A DNA stretch of 64,000 nt from a bacterium (GCA_024698685.1 JAILQZ010000067.1:9787-73786); one strand, 5' to 3'; numbered from the stretch's first letter, positions 19,977 to 30,286 are shown. Numbers and translations: made by a program. Notes: generated from the letters alone by a model not told the origin.

Positions 19977-22070
19977 ATGAACGCACTGGCTTGGATAGCT
20001 CCGGGTTGCGCGCTAGTAGGCATCGCCTGCGCGCTTTACTTCGGCTCTTGGGTCCTCAGGCAGGATCCGGGTAACGAGAAGATGCAGAAGATCTCTAGCC
20101 ACATTCAGAGGGGAGCGAAGGCCTTCCTGTTCTCTGAGTACAAGATCCTGATCATCTTCGTCTTGGTAGTTGCAGTCTGCATCGGACTGTTCCTCGGTTC
20201 CGATGACTTCCCGGCACGCGGATGGGTCACCGCTTGCGCATTCATCACCGGCGCGATCCTCTCTTCGGCCGCTGGCTACTGCGGAATGCACGTTGCGACC
20301 CGCGCGAACGCAAGGACCGCTTGGGCAGCCATGGAGAAGATCTCCCCGGCTCTCAAGATCGCTTTCCGCTCTGGAATCACGATGGGCCTCGTCGTCGCAT
20401 CCTTCGGCCTGATGGGCGTCTCCCTCTGGGCGATCTTCGTCCTCTTCGCGGGAACCCCGCAGCCTGAGATCATCAACGGCTTCGCAATGGGCGCCTCCTC
20501 CGTCGCGCTCTTCGCCCGTGTCGGTGGCGGCATCTACACCAAGGCTGCTGACGTAGGCGCAGACCTCGTCGGCAAGGTCGAGGCTGGAATTCCCGAGGAC
20601 GACCCCCGCAACCCCGCTGTCATCGCAGATAACGTCGGCGACAACGTCGGCGACGTCGCTGGAATGGGCGCGGACCTCTACGAGTCGTTCTGCGGTTCGA
20701 TCATCGCCCCGATGATTCTCGGCGTTTCGATGTTCGGCACCACCCTCGTCGGCGCGGACGCCACCTGGGCGCTCCTCACCCCGCTGCTGATCGCCGCAAC
20801 CGGAATCATCGCTTCCATCCTCGGCATCTTCGCAGTCAACACCAACGACGAGAACAAGCTCCATAGCGCTCTCGACAAGGGCACCTACGTAGCAGCGGGC
20901 ATCGAGATCCTCTGCGTCATCGGAATCTGCTGGCTCTGGTCTTCGCAGTCCTCCAACGTTCAGGCCCTCTGGCTCGCCCTCGCCATCGTAGTCGGCCTCA
21001 TCGCCGGCCTCGGCATCGGCAAGTTCACCGAGTACTTCTGCTCCGACAATTACAAGCCGGTTCGCAAGATCGCCGAGGCTTCCGAGACCGGATACGCCAC
21101 GAACATCATCTCCGGCATCGGAAACGGAATGCTCTCCACCCTCGCTCCGATCCTTATCGTCGCTGTTGCCATCTTCATCGCATACAACGTCGGCATGCAG
21201 GCTGTTGGAAGGTCCAACGTCACCTTCGGAATCTACGGAATCGCACTCGCGGCCATTGGAATGCTCTCCACCACGGCGATCACCGTCGGCGTCGATGCCT
21301 ACGGTCCCGTTGCCGACAATGCCGGTGGCGTCGCCGAGATGGCCGAGCTTCCGCATGAGGTTCGCAACCGCACCGACAAGCTCGACTCCGTTGGAAACAC
21401 CACCGCAGCTATCGCCAAGGGCTTCGCGATCGGTTCCGCAGGCCTCACGGCGCTGTCCCTCTTCTTCTCCTTCAAGGTCACCGCTGAGGCAACCCTCGGC
21501 ATCGGTGCCCTCGATCTTTCGCTCACCAATCCGATGATCGTCATCGGCCTCTTCGTCGGCGGCATGCTCCCGTTCCTCTTCGGAGCCCTCACGATGAACG
21601 CGGTCTCCCGCGCGGCCAACAAGATGATCATCGAGGTTCGCCGTCAGTTCCATGAGATCGCCGGCCTCCTCGAGGGAACCGCCGATCCCGATCCAGAGCG
21701 CTGCGTTCAGATCTCCACCCATGCGGCTCTTCGCGAGATGATCGTTCCCGGCCTCATCGCCGTCATCGTTCCGATCATCGCAGGCTGCATCAGCCTCGAG
21801 GTTCTTGCGGGCCTTCTCGCCGGCGCTCTCGTCACCGGCTTCCTGCTCGCAATCTACATGGCCAACGCAGGTGGCGCTTGGGATAACGCCAAGAAGTACA
21901 TCGAGACCGGCAACCACGGCGGCAAGGGCTCAGATGCCCACAAGGCAGCCGTCGTCGGCGACACCGTCGGCGATCCCTTCAAGGACACCTCCGGCCCCTC
22001 GATGAACATCCTCATCAAGCTGATGACCATCGTCAGCCTGGTCTTCGTGCCGCTCTTCGTCGCTCTCTAA
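19977..22070 (+). CDS. hppA: membrane-bound ion-translocating pyrophosphatase, K+-dependent type
   Basis: 697 aa, polytopic. DNVGDNVGD and [23 protein letters not shown] motifs. [10 protein letters not shown] (Ala rather than Lys) is the signature of the K+-dependent subfamily. Confidence 0.95.
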   Translation: MNALAWIAPGCALVGIACALYFGSWVLRQDPGNEKMQKISSHIQRGAKAFLFSEYKILIIFVLVVAVCIGLFLGSDDFPARGWVTACAFITGAILSSAAGYCGMHVATRANARTAWAAMEKISPALKIAFRSGITMGLVVASFGLMGVSLWAIFVLFAGTPQPEIINGFAMGASSVALFARVGGGIYTKAADVGADLVGKVEAGIPEDDPRNPAVIADNVGDNVGDVAGMGADLYESFCGSIIAPMILGVSMFGTTLVGADATWALLTPLLIAATGIIASILGIFAVNTNDENKLHSALDKGTYVAAGIEILCVIGICWLWSSQSSNVQALWLALAIVVGLIAGLGIGKFTEYFCSDNYKPVRKIAEASETGYATNIISGIGNGMLSTLAPILIVAVAIFIAYNVGMQAVGRSNVTFGIYGIALAAIGMLSTTAITVGVDAYGPVADNAGGVAEMAELPHEVRNRTDKLDSVGNTTAAIAKGFAIGSAGLTALSLFFSFKVTAEATLGIGALDLSLTNPMIVIGLFVGGMLPFLFGALTMNAVSRAANKMIIEVRRQFHEIAGLLEGTADPDPERCVQISTHAALREMIVPGLIAVIVPIIAGCISLEVLAGLLAGALVTGFLLAIYMANAGGAWDNAKKYIETGNHGGKGSDAHKAAVVGDTVGDPFKDTSGPSMNILIKLMTIVSLVFVPLFVAL

Positions 22071-22104
22071 TCCGCGCATCGGCACAACGCCTAAAAGCAA
22101 TCTC

Positions 22105-22143
22105 GGATCCCAGATGGCCCGACCGTCTGGGATCCTTGCTTTT
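22105..22143 (+). terminator. intrinsic terminator after hppA
   Basis: Perfect 10-bp stem GGATCCCAGA/TCTGGGATCC with an 11-nt loop, followed by TTGCTTTTGCTT. Confidence 0.65.
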
Positions 22144-22203
22144 GCTTGCCGTTCATATCTAAACGCTTGCACACAAAGGCGATGATGACCGACAATTCGC
22201 TTA

Positions 22204-22794
22204 GTGGAACCGTTTCGCTTAGAGGCTGAATTGGCATATCAGGGCAGGCATATACACGTCAAGAGGAAGAGCAGGGGAAAGATAGCCCTCGAGTGGACTA
22301 TCACGATCATCGCTGCAATCGCCCTCGGCATCCTCATCAGGATATTCGTCGCCTCGCTTTACGTAGTGCCCTCTGCGTCCATGGAGGACACGATCCTTGT
22401 CGGAGACAAGGTTTTTGCTGAAAAGCTCTCATATCGCTTCTCAGAGCCCGAGAGAGGGGATGTGGTGATCTTTATAGATCCAGAAGACCCCGAACGCTTC
22501 CTCGTAAAGCGCTGCATAGCCTTGGAAGGGGAGACGGTCGACCTCATCGACGGAGAGGTTTACATCGATGGCGAGCTGCTCGAGGAGGAAGAGTACACGC
22601 TCGGCAAGCCCACCTACCAGCTCACGAGCAAGATATCGTTCCCGTACAAGGTTCCCGAAGGCAAGATCTGGGTGATGGGGGACAATCGCACCAACTCGTC
22701 GGATTCGCGAGTGTTTGGCGCGATTCCGCTCGATTCGCTCGTCGCCCAAGGGCTTTGCGTCCTATGGCCCATCAGCGATTGGCATTCGCTGTAA
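22204..22794 (+). CDS. lepB: signal peptidase I
   Basis: TM anchor, catalytic Ser box PSASMEDT, Lys box KRCIALEGE, GDNRTNSSDSR. Confidence 0.85.
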   Translation: MEPFRLEAELAYQGRHIHVKRKSRGKIALEWTITIIAAIALGILIRIFVASLYVVPSASMEDTILVGDKVFAEKLSYRFSEPERGDVVIFIDPEDPERFLVKRCIALEGETVDLIDGEVYIDGELLEEEEYTLGKPTYQLTSKISFPYKVPEGKIWVMGDNRTNSSDSRVFGAIPLDSLVAQGLCVLWPISDWHSL

Positions 22795-22852
22795 TGGCTT
22801 TTGCGGTATCCTAGCCAGTGTCGGTACGAGCATCCAGAGAGGGAAGTGCGCA

Positions 22853-24082
22853 ATGAATTTCGCAGAGACCATGAAGCTTCTCGAGTCCGAAACCAATACC
22901 AAGATCAATCCATCGCTTGAAGCATGCGAGGCCATGTGCGAGAAGCTTGGCAACCCCCAGCACAAGTACGACTGCATTCAGATCGCGGGCACCAATGGCA
23001 AGACCTCAGTGGCCAGGATGACCGCCAAGCTGCTCAAGGAGGCTGGCTACAAGGTTGCGCTCTACACCTCTCCAGAGCTCGTCAGATTTCCGGAGAGGAT
23101 GGAGATTGACGGCAAAGTGGTCAGCGACGAGCAATTCTGCAAGTGCGTGGAGAAGGCTTACGAGAGCGCTCACGAGTGCGGATTCGAAGGCGCTACCCAG
23201 TTCGAGCTCCTTACCGTCGGCGCCTTCTGGCTCTTCGCTGAGGAGCAGGTCGACATCGCGGTCTTCGAGTGCGGAATGGGCGGGCGCTGGGATGCCACGA
23301 GCGTCTGCAGGCCCAAGGTCGCCATCATCACCGGCATCGCGCTGGATCACACCGCGATCCTCGGCGACACAGTCGAGGCGATTGCGGGGGAGAAGGCAGC
23401 GATCATCAAGGATGGCAGCGTCGCCGTCCTCGCGCAGGAACTCACTTGCAGGCAGATCTTCGTCGAGCAGGCCGAGGCCATGGGGTCTCCTTACGTGGAT
23501 GTCGATCCGGCGCTGTCAGAGAAGCTCGAGTCCGCTGTAGCGCATATGCCCCATTATCAGAGCCGCAATGCGGCAGTTGCGCTTACGGCCTTCCTCGAGA
23601 TGCTCAAGATCTGCGGCAGGTCGACCGACGAACCTATAGGCTTCACCATAGAGGCTCTCAAGGACCTGCAGATTCCCGGCAGGTTCGAGACGCTTCGCGC
23701 CGAGCCCCTCATCCTCATAGACGCTGCGCACAACCCGCAGTCGGCTGGCGTTCTCGCCACTGAGGTAGAGAGAAGGTTCGCGCCAGGATGCAGGCCTGCT
23801 CTGCTTCTAGGAGTGCTCGCCGACAAGGATGCCAGAGGCGTCGTCGGAACCCTCGTGCCGCTATTCGACCGCGTCGTCGTTTCAGCTTCGAAGTCTCCAA
23901 GGTCTCATACCCCCGCCGACCTCGCCGCCATCGTCACCGAGGTCACGGGAGTCGTGCCCGAGGTCTGTCCAGACCTCGCAAGCGCCATCGAGCTGCTAGG
24001 CGACACCCCGTTCATAGCAACAGGCTCCATCACGGTGGCAGGAGAGGTGAAGGGAATCGTCATGGGCATCGGCAAAATATAG
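22853..24082 (+). CDS. folC: folylpolyglutamate synthase/dihydrofolate synthase
   Basis: Start re-called from 22715 to ATG 22853 (GAGAGGGAAG SD). Mur-ligase P-loop IAGTNGKTS. Confidence 0.85.
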   Translation: MNFAETMKLLESETNTKINPSLEACEAMCEKLGNPQHKYDCIQIAGTNGKTSVARMTAKLLKEAGYKVALYTSPELVRFPERMEIDGKVVSDEQFCKCVEKAYESAHECGFEGATQFELLTVGAFWLFAEEQVDIAVFECGMGGRWDATSVCRPKVAIITGIALDHTAILGDTVEAIAGEKAAIIKDGSVAVLAQELTCRQIFVEQAEAMGSPYVDVDPALSEKLESAVAHMPHYQSRNAAVALTAFLEMLKICGRSTDEPIGFTIEALKDLQIPGRFETLRAEPLILIDAAHNPQSAGVLATEVERRFAPGCRPALLLGVLADKDARGVVGTLVPLFDRVVVSASKSPRSHTPADLAAIVTEVTGVVPEVCPDLASAIELLGDTPFIATGSITVAGEVKGIVMGIGKI

Positions 24083-24195
24083 CGCCGTTCGTCCGCCATT
24101 TGCACAAATAGCAAAGTCAATCGCTAATAACTATTCCAAAATCGCCGCATATTCCTATAGTTTGAAAAGAAGGAAGGGCTAACTTTAGGGGTTCA

Positions 24196-24414
24196 ATGCA
24201 GCTCGTCGAAGCTAAGAGGGACAGCTCGTACGTCATCGTGGGAAACACGGAGACCGGCAAGGAGAGGATGCGCCTCGACAGCCTCGGTCTCGTCTCCGGC
24301 GAGATCATCACCGTCCTTTCAAACAGTTACGCTGGACTCATAGTCGATATCAAGGGATCGCGTCTGGCCATCTGCAAGTCTGTTGCCGAGAAGATGGAGG
24401 TCGTGAACGCATGA
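24196..24414 (+). CDS. feoA: ferrous iron transport protein A
   Basis: 72-aa FeoA/SH3-like protein. ATGA overlap with the feoB start. Confidence 0.85.
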   Translation: MQLVEAKRDSSYVIVGNTETGKERMRLDSLGLVSGEIITVLSNSYAGLIVDIKGSRLAICKSVAEKMEVVNA

Positions 24415-26459
24415 GGACCTATGCTCTCATAGGCAACCCGAACTGCGGCAAGACCACGCTCTTCAACGAGCTGACGGGAACCTCGCAGCATGTTGGCAAT
24501 TGGCCGGGCGTCACCGTTGAGAAGAAGGTCGGCAAGCTCCACAGCAAATATGGCGATGCCGAGATAGTCGATCTGCCAGGCATCTATTCCATGTCCTCGT
24601 ATTCTATCGAGGAGATCATTTCGAGAAGGTTCATCATTGAGGAGAAGCCCGATGTCGTCATCGACATCGTCGAGGCCACGAACATCGAGCGCAACCTCTT
24701 CCTCACATGCCAGATCGCCGAACTCGGCGTCCCGATGGTCATTGCCGTCAACATGATGGACGAAGCCGAGAAGCAGGGCGACAAGTTCGACTTTGAATCC
24801 CTCTCCGGCATGCTCGGCCTTCCAGTCGTGCCGATCACCGCCGCCAAGGCGGAGGGTGTTCACGAGCTCATGGGCGTCGTCGGTATGAGCGGACTGCTCG
24901 AGGAGATCGAGAACGAGGCCGAGCACAAGGAGCATGTCGGCGAGGACGAGCACGGTCACGGATTCCAGGACATCGAGGATCCCGTGGAGCATCGCATCGA
25001 CCATCACACCGACTCGAAGGGTCGAACGAATGCGCTCCTCTCCGAGTACAAGTACCATAACCACTACAGAGGCCCCAAGACCTATCAGGCCGAGCCCGGT
25101 GAGAGCCTTGCCGTCGAGCAGGAGACGAACAATGCCGAGAGGCGCTACGCTTTCATAGGCGAGGTGGTCAAGGCGAGCGTCGTCAAGGGCAAGCAGGTCG
25201 GAGAGCGCACGCGCTCGGACAAGATCGACAAGTTGATGACACATCCGGTCTTCGGTATACCCATCTTCCTCCTGCTGATGTTCGCGATGTTCCACGTCAC
25301 TTTTTCGGAGAGCTTCCTCTTCCTCGGCATCGACAGCCCCGGCGTTTGGCTGCAGGGCCTTGCAGAGACCTTCATCGGCTGGCTCGGCGGAGCCCTTGGC
25401 ACGCTATTCATCGAGGGAAGCTGGTCCTACGGCCTAGTCATCGACGGCATTCTCGGTGGCGTGGGAGCGGTTCTCTCTTTCCTACCGCAGATACTCGTCC
25501 TCTTCCTCTTTCTCACGCTGCTCGAGGACATGGGCTACATGTCGCGCGCTGCGTTCATCATGGACAGGCTGTTGCGTACATTCGGATTGTCGGGCAAGAG
25601 CTTCCTGCCGATGCTCATGGGCTTCGGTTGCAGCGTGCCGGCCATGATGGCCTGCCGCACCATGGAGAATGAGAACGATCGGAAGCTGACGCTCTTCCTC
25701 GTACCCTTCATGTCCTGTGGAGCCCGCGCTCCCATACTCCTAGTCTTCGCCGCCGCCTTCTTCCCGAGCAATGGTGACCTTATCGTCATGCTGCTCTACG
25801 TTCTCGGCATCGTGGTCGCGATCCTGACAGGCTTCATGCTCAAGAAATTCGTCTTCAAGGGGGAGATCACGCCGCTTGTCATCGAGCTCCCGAAGTACAG
25901 GGCTCCCAAGATCAAATCCGTCGGAATCTCGCTCTGGCAGACGATGAAGGACTATCTGCGCCGCGCGGGAACGATCATCTTCGTGATGTCCGTGGTCATC
26001 TGGTTCTTCTCGAGCTTCGGCTTCGGTCCAGACGGTTTCGGGATGGTCGATATCGAGTACTCGATGCTGGCGGTTGCGGGTGAGGCTATCGCGTGGATAT
26101 TCGCGCCGTGCGGCTTCGGATTCTGGGTCGCGGCGGTGGCGCTCCTCACTGGAATCGCAGCCAAGGAGGCCGTCGTCGGAACGCTCGGCGTGCTCCTCAA
26201 GGTTGGCGAGGAGGAGGCGCTGGAGGGTGGTGCGCTCTCTGGCGCAGTGCTGGCCAGCGTCGGGTTCACCCCGCTATCTGCATTCGCATTCATGACCTTC
26301 ACGCTTCTCTACATGCCTTGCGCTGCGGCATTCGCAACCCTCAAGCGCGAGAGCAACTCATGGAAATGGGCCATCCTGCAAGCGCTCTACAGCATCTGCG
26401 TGGCATGGATCGTCGCCACTGTCGTGTTCCAAATCGGCAGCCTTGTCGGGCTGGCATGA
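24411..26459 (+). CDS. feoB: ferrous iron transporter FeoB
   Basis: N-terminal G domain GNPNCGKTTLFN, DLPGIYS, NMMD, then a polytopic permease. His/Glu-rich linker at about residues 164-222. Confidence 0.95.
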   Translation: MRTYALIGNPNCGKTTLFNELTGTSQHVGNWPGVTVEKKVGKLHSKYGDAEIVDLPGIYSMSSYSIEEIISRRFIIEEKPDVVIDIVEATNIERNLFLTCQIAELGVPMVIAVNMMDEAEKQGDKFDFESLSGMLGLPVVPITAAKAEGVHELMGVVGMSGLLEEIENEAEHKEHVGEDEHGHGFQDIEDPVEHRIDHHTDSKGRTNALLSEYKYHNHYRGPKTYQAEPGESLAVEQETNNAERRYAFIGEVVKASVVKGKQVGERTRSDKIDKLMTHPVFGIPIFLLLMFAMFHVTFSESFLFLGIDSPGVWLQGLAETFIGWLGGALGTLFIEGSWSYGLVIDGILGGVGAVLSFLPQILVLFLFLTLLEDMGYMSRAAFIMDRLLRTFGLSGKSFLPMLMGFGCSVPAMMACRTMENENDRKLTLFLVPFMSCGARAPILLVFAAAFFPSNGDLIVMLLYVLGIVVAILTGFMLKKFVFKGEITPLVIELPKYRAPKIKSVGISLWQTMKDYLRRAGTIIFVMSVVIWFFSSFGFGPDGFGMVDIEYSMLAVAGEAIAWIFAPCGFGFWVAAVALLTGIAAKEAVVGTLGVLLKVGEEEALEGGALSGAVLASVGFTPLSAFAFMTFTLLYMPCAAAFATLKRESNSWKWAILQALYSICVAWIVATVVFQIGSLVGLA

Positions 26460-26462
26460 TGG

Positions 26463-26714
26463 GTGGATGAGATGATAGGGAATGCAATCGCCATATCGAT
26501 CCTGGCTGCAGCGGCGGCAATCGCAGTGCGCATGATCTGGCGCAGGATCAAGGGCAAGGCTCCTTCCTGCAGTTGCGGATGCGCATCTTGCGATATCAAA
26601 AGTGGAAAAGTCAGGGATTGCGAAGGGGCAATCGGACCATCTTCGGTTAATATTGTCGTAGAAGGGCGTGAAGCGCCCGAATGGCACTGCGACCAGAAAG
26701 AAGCAATGCATTGA
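26463..26714 (+). CDS. FeoB-associated Cys-rich membrane protein (extended C-terminus)
   Basis: One N-terminal TM helix, basic stretch, then CSCGCASC, as in the small FeoB-associated family. It starts 4 nt after the feoB stop. The tail overlaps the next gene. Confidence 0.6.
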   Translation: MDEMIGNAIAISILAAAAAIAVRMIWRRIKGKAPSCSCGCASCDIKSGKVRDCEGAIGPSSVNIVVEGREAPEWHCDQKEAMH

Positions 26715-27100
26715 AGCTAACGCAATCCAACGAGGACTATCTCGAGGCAATCGTCATGCTCGCCGGCGATGGCAGCCAGCCTGTGCGCTCGGTCGATCTC
26801 GCCAACCAAATGGGTGTGTCGAAGCCCAGCGTCAACAAGGCCATCGCGGTTCTGAAGAAGAGCGGGCTCATCGAGCAGGAGCCCTACGGCGACATCTTCC
26901 TCACCAAGAGGGGAGTGGAGTACGGCAAGTCCGTCCTCAAGCGCCACCACACCCTGACCCGGTTCCTCGTCGAGATTCTCGGCGTAGATCCCGACCTCGC
27001 CGATGACGAGGCGTGCGAGATCGAGCACACGATCAGCGACGACACCTTCGCAAAGTGGGAGTCGTTCGTCGAGAGGAGCCTTGGACAGAACGAGGCATAG
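26681..27100 (+). CDS. DtxR/MntR-family metal-dependent transcriptional regulator (no SH3 domain)
   Basis: LTQSNEDYLEAI N-terminus, wHTH (VSKPSVNKAIAVLKKSGLI), metal-site region HHTLTRFL..DEACEIEH. Alternative start TTG 26711 overlaps the upstream stop (TTGA). Confidence 0.85.
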   Translation: MALRPERSNALKLTQSNEDYLEAIVMLAGDGSQPVRSVDLANQMGVSKPSVNKAIAVLKKSGLIEQEPYGDIFLTKRGVEYGKSVLKRHHTLTRFLVEILGVDPDLADDEACEIEHTISDDTFAKWESFVERSLGQNEA

Positions 27101-27121
27101 CGAACGCCGCTCGATTGCAAT

Positions 27122-27922
27122 CTAGAGCAGAACCCTCATCACGATGGCGCCAGAGAGCATGAGCGCCATCACGCCCATTGCCATCCAATCATTCGATCCA
27201 AGGCGCATCTCGCGCAGCTTGGTGCGTCCCGCAGCGCCATGGTAGCAGCGGCTCTCCATTGCTTGCGTCAGGCCCTCAGCATGCCTGAAAGCCGAGGCCA
27301 TCAATGGGATGGCAATCGGAAGGAGCGCCTTGGTGCGCTTGATGAGGCCTCCCGAGCTGAACGTCGCGCCACGCGACTCCTGGGCCGCTTTGATTTTGAA
27401 GAACTCATCTGCGAAGACCGGGAGGAACCTGAGCGCGATGCCGAGCATCATGCAGATCTCGTGCACTGGCAGCTTGATCGCCTTGAGCCATCCGAGCAGC
27501 CTCTCCGATGCGTCGGTGATGTCGACCGACGAGGTTGTCAGCGTGAGCAGGGTCATGCCGATGAAGAGGATTCCCAACCTGATCGTGTAGAAAGCCGCGT
27601 TGTAGAGGCCCGTGCTGGATATAGTGAAGATTCCCCAGTGCCAGTAGATCGTACCCTCGTTCGTGAAGAACGCATTGATTATCGCGGCGAATATCAGGAT
27701 GTATATCAGCGGCAGCACCGACTTGACGATCTTGCCGACTGGAATCTTGCTCAGCGCTATGAAGAGCATGGTGAAGGCGAGCGAGAGGATCAGCCCGTAG
27801 AAGCCCGGTGCCGTGAAGACCGCAGCGAAGTAGATCAGCGCGAATATCAGCTTGAAGCGCGGATCCAGTCTGTGGAGGATCGATTCCCCTTGTATGTATG
27901 TGCCCAGGATGATGCTACTCAT
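27122..27922 (-). CDS. ecfT: ECF transporter transmembrane (T) component
   Basis: Start re-called to ATG 27922 (MSSIILGTYIQGESILHRLDPR). Polytopic, with two coupling motifs AQESRGA and AMESRCY. 8-nt overlap with ecfA2. Confidence 0.85.
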   Translation of the reverse strand: MSSIILGTYIQGESILHRLDPRFKLIFALIYFAAVFTAPGFYGLILSLAFTMLFIALSKIPVGKIVKSVLPLIYILIFAAIINAFFTNEGTIYWHWGIFTISSTGLYNAAFYTIRLGILFIGMTLLTLTTSSVDITDASERLLGWLKAIKLPVHEICMMLGIALRFLPVFADEFFKIKAAQESRGATFSSGGLIKRTKALLPIAIPLMASAFRHAEGLTQAMESRCYHGAAGRTKLREMRLGSNDWMAMGVMALMLSGAIVMRVLL

Positions 27923-28766
27923 GGGCACGCTCCTTGAATGCGCTTGCAATCGCTTCGACGAGCTCCTCGAGGCCGATGACGCACTCCGGCATCGGCATGC
28001 CGGCCTCGCTGAGCCAGTTGGCGAAACGCGTTTCGATCGGAATGCCGAGGTTGATCTCGCGCAGCTCCTCTGCATGGACGAAGATCTCGCGCGGGGTGCC
28101 CTGCATGCAGATCGATCCGTCCTTCATGACGAGGATCTCATCGGAGAGCTCGGCTATGTCCTCCATGTTGTGCGAGACGAGTATCAGTGTGACGCCGTCG
28201 TCGCGAAGGGAGCGGAGCAGCTTGGCCAGAGCGGCGCGGCCTCTCGGGTCGAGACCCGCCATCGGCTCGTCGAGAACCATGATCTTCGGCTTCATTACGA
28301 GCGCCTCGGCAATCGCTAGCCTTCGCTTCTGTCCGCCGCTGAGCTCGAACGGGCTGCGCTGCGAGATCTCGTCGAAATCGAAGCCCACCTTGTGCATCGC
28401 CTTCTCGATACGGCGCATCATCTCGTCCTCGGGCACGCCCATATTGCGAGGGCCGAAGGCGATGTCTTCGAAGACGGTGCTGGAGAAGAATTGGTAATCG
28501 GGATATTGGAAGACGAGCGCTACCTTCGACTTGACTTGGCGCTTCGCCTCCTTGCTCGCGTTGATGTCCTCGCCATCTACGAAGACCTTTCCCGTGGTGG
28601 GGGATATCAGCGCGTTCATCATCTTGGTCATCGTCGATTTGCCGGAGCCTGTATGCCCGATGATCCCGAGCAACTTGCCGTCCTGCAGCGCGAACGAGAC
28701 GTCCTTGACCGCGAAGTCGCCATCGTTCTCGTAGGAGTAGCTCACATTGTCGAATACAAGCGACAT
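27915..28766 (-). CDS. ecfA2: ECF transporter ATPase component A2
   Basis: Walker A GHTGSGKST, ABC signature LSGGQKRRL, Walker B MVLDEP. GGAGGAG SD. Confidence 0.9.
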   Translation of the reverse strand: MSLVFDNVSYSYENDGDFAVKDVSFALQDGKLLGIIGHTGSGKSTMTKMMNALISPTTGKVFVDGEDINASKEAKRQVKSKVALVFQYPDYQFFSSTVFEDIAFGPRNMGVPEDEMMRRIEKAMHKVGFDFDEISQRSPFELSGGQKRRLAIAEALVMKPKIMVLDEPMAGLDPRGRAALAKLLRSLRDDGVTLILVSHNMEDIAELSDEILVMKDGSICMQGTPREIFVHAEELREINLGIPIETRFANWLSEAGMPMPECVIGLEELVEAIASAFKERAHE

Positions 28767-29572
28767 AGCTCCTCCTTCAGGGTTCTCAGCGACATCGTCG
28801 GACCTACTTCGATGCCATGCTCCTGCAATGCGTTGACGAGCTTGACGGAGAGCGGAACCTCTAGCCCTAGGCTGGTCAGAAGGTCCTCGTTGCTGAAGAC
28901 CTCGTCCTTGTCGCCATCCATTACGACGCGGCCCTTGTCCATCACCACGATGCGGTCGGCGAGGAGCGCCTCTTGCATGAAATGCGTGATGAGGACGATG
29001 GTGATCCCGCTCTCATGCAGGCGCTGGCAGACGTTGTGGATTCCCCTTCGGCCGCGCAGATCGAGCATCGCGCATGGCTCGTCAAGGGCTACGATGTCCG
29101 GGTTTAGCGCTATGATGTCTGCGATCGCCACTCGTTGCTTCTGGCCTCCGGATAGGTTGGCGGGGTTCGACTTGGCCCTGCTGGCCATCGCCACGGCTGC
29201 CAGCGCGCCGTCTACGCGCTCGCGTATCTCGCGCGCGGGAAGGCCAAGATTCTCGGGGCCGAATGCGACATCGTCCTCGACAGTTGAGGCCACGATCTGA
29301 TCGTCTGGGTTCTGGAAGACGAGCCCGCAATGGCTGCGCACGAAGAAGAGCTCGTCCGGGTCTGACGTGTCGTGGCCCAGGACGAGGATCTTGCCCGAAT
29401 CGGGCGTGACTATGGAGTTGAACTGCTTGGCCAGAGTCGACTTGCCGCAGCCGTTCGGCCCGAGCACTGCGACGAATTGACCTCGCGGAATCTCGAGGTC
29501 AACCCCTCGCAGCGCATTGCGTTTGCCATCGTAGCTGAATACGACCTTATGGCAGTTGAGAGCCGCTTCCAT
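28742..29572 (-). CDS. ecfA1: ECF transporter ATPase component A1
   Basis: Walker A GPNGCGKST, signature LSGGQKQRV, Walker B VALDEP. Confidence 0.9.
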   Translation of the reverse strand: MEAALNCHKVVFSYDGKRNALRGVDLEIPRGQFVAVLGPNGCGKSTLAKQFNSIVTPDSGKILVLGHDTSDPDELFFVRSHCGLVFQNPDDQIVASTVEDDVAFGPENLGLPAREIRERVDGALAAVAMASRAKSNPANLSGGQKQRVAIADIIALNPDIVALDEPCAMLDLRGRRGIHNVCQRLHESGITIVLITHFMQEALLADRIVVMDKGRVVMDGDKDEVFSNEDLLTSLGLEVPLSVKLVNALQEHGIEVGPTMSLRTLKEELCRLYSTM

Positions 29573-29593
29573 GGTTGGCGAATCGCCAGGCCC

Positions 29594-30223
29594 TTACAGA
29601 TCCTCGGGCTCGATGACGTCGTCGTCGAGGTCGGAGGTGACAACGGTGTCGGCATCCTTGCTCTTCGGGAAGACGAGCATCTGGACAGGCTTGAATATCA
29701 GTACGCCCAAGACGCTGTTGATCGCCGTCTTCATGAGGTTGAACGGGATGAAGATCGGAAGGATCAGCTCGAGGATCGCCTCGGTGGTGTAGCCGTAGAA
29801 GATCGGGTCGATGATGATGTTCATGACGGCCATGACCGCAGTGGCGAGGATCGCTCCGATGATGAGGCCCACGATGGCCGATGCGATAGTCTTGCGCTTC
29901 TTGTAGATGAGCGCTGCCGGGATGACGTGCGCTGCGACCGCGCAGACGTTCATCAGGCATCCGGGCCAATTGCCGGAGAAGATCGCATGGATGACCGCTC
30001 CGATCGTTCCGGTGAGGAATCCTGGAGCGGGGCCGAACACGAATCCCGCGATGAGCGCGGGGACGTTGCTCGCGTCGTACTTCAGGAATCCCACCGCGAT
30101 GAACGGAATCTCGATGAAGCTCAACGCCGCGCTGATGGCGGCGAGCAGGGCGATAGTGACTATCGTCCTCGTGTTCCATCTGTTTGAATTGGAAATTTGC
30201 GTGCTGTTTTCTGCTTTGCTCAT
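29594..30223 (-). CDS. ribU: ECF transporter S component, riboflavin-type (RibU-like)
   Basis: 209 aa with about 6 TM segments. FLKYDASNVPALIAGFVFGPAPG motif resembles RibU-type S components. It is directly preceded by an FMN riboswitch. Confidence 0.75.
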   Translation of the reverse strand: MSKAENSTQISNSNRWNTRTIVTIALLAAISAALSFIEIPFIAVGFLKYDASNVPALIAGFVFGPAPGFLTGTIGAVIHAIFSGNWPGCLMNVCAVAAHVIPAALIYKKRKTIASAIVGLIIGAILATAVMAVMNIIIDPIFYGYTTEAILELILPIFIPFNLMKTAINSVLGVLIFKPVQMLVFPKSKDADTVVTSDLDDDVIEPEDL

Positions 30224-30286
30224 ATCTCACCCCTTCTACGAATACCGAAACTGTTCGCGCAAGCATATGCTTGCTGGGCAAGAGAG

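Noticed and set aside
24083-24195. Looked for a Fur box or a full IdeR/DtxR 19-mer upstream of feoA
   Set aside because: Only partial matches were found (AATCGCTAATAACTATT, and a GGCTAAC half-site). They are too weak to call, so only the TTTGC..GCAAA palindrome is reported, as a low-confidence candidate.
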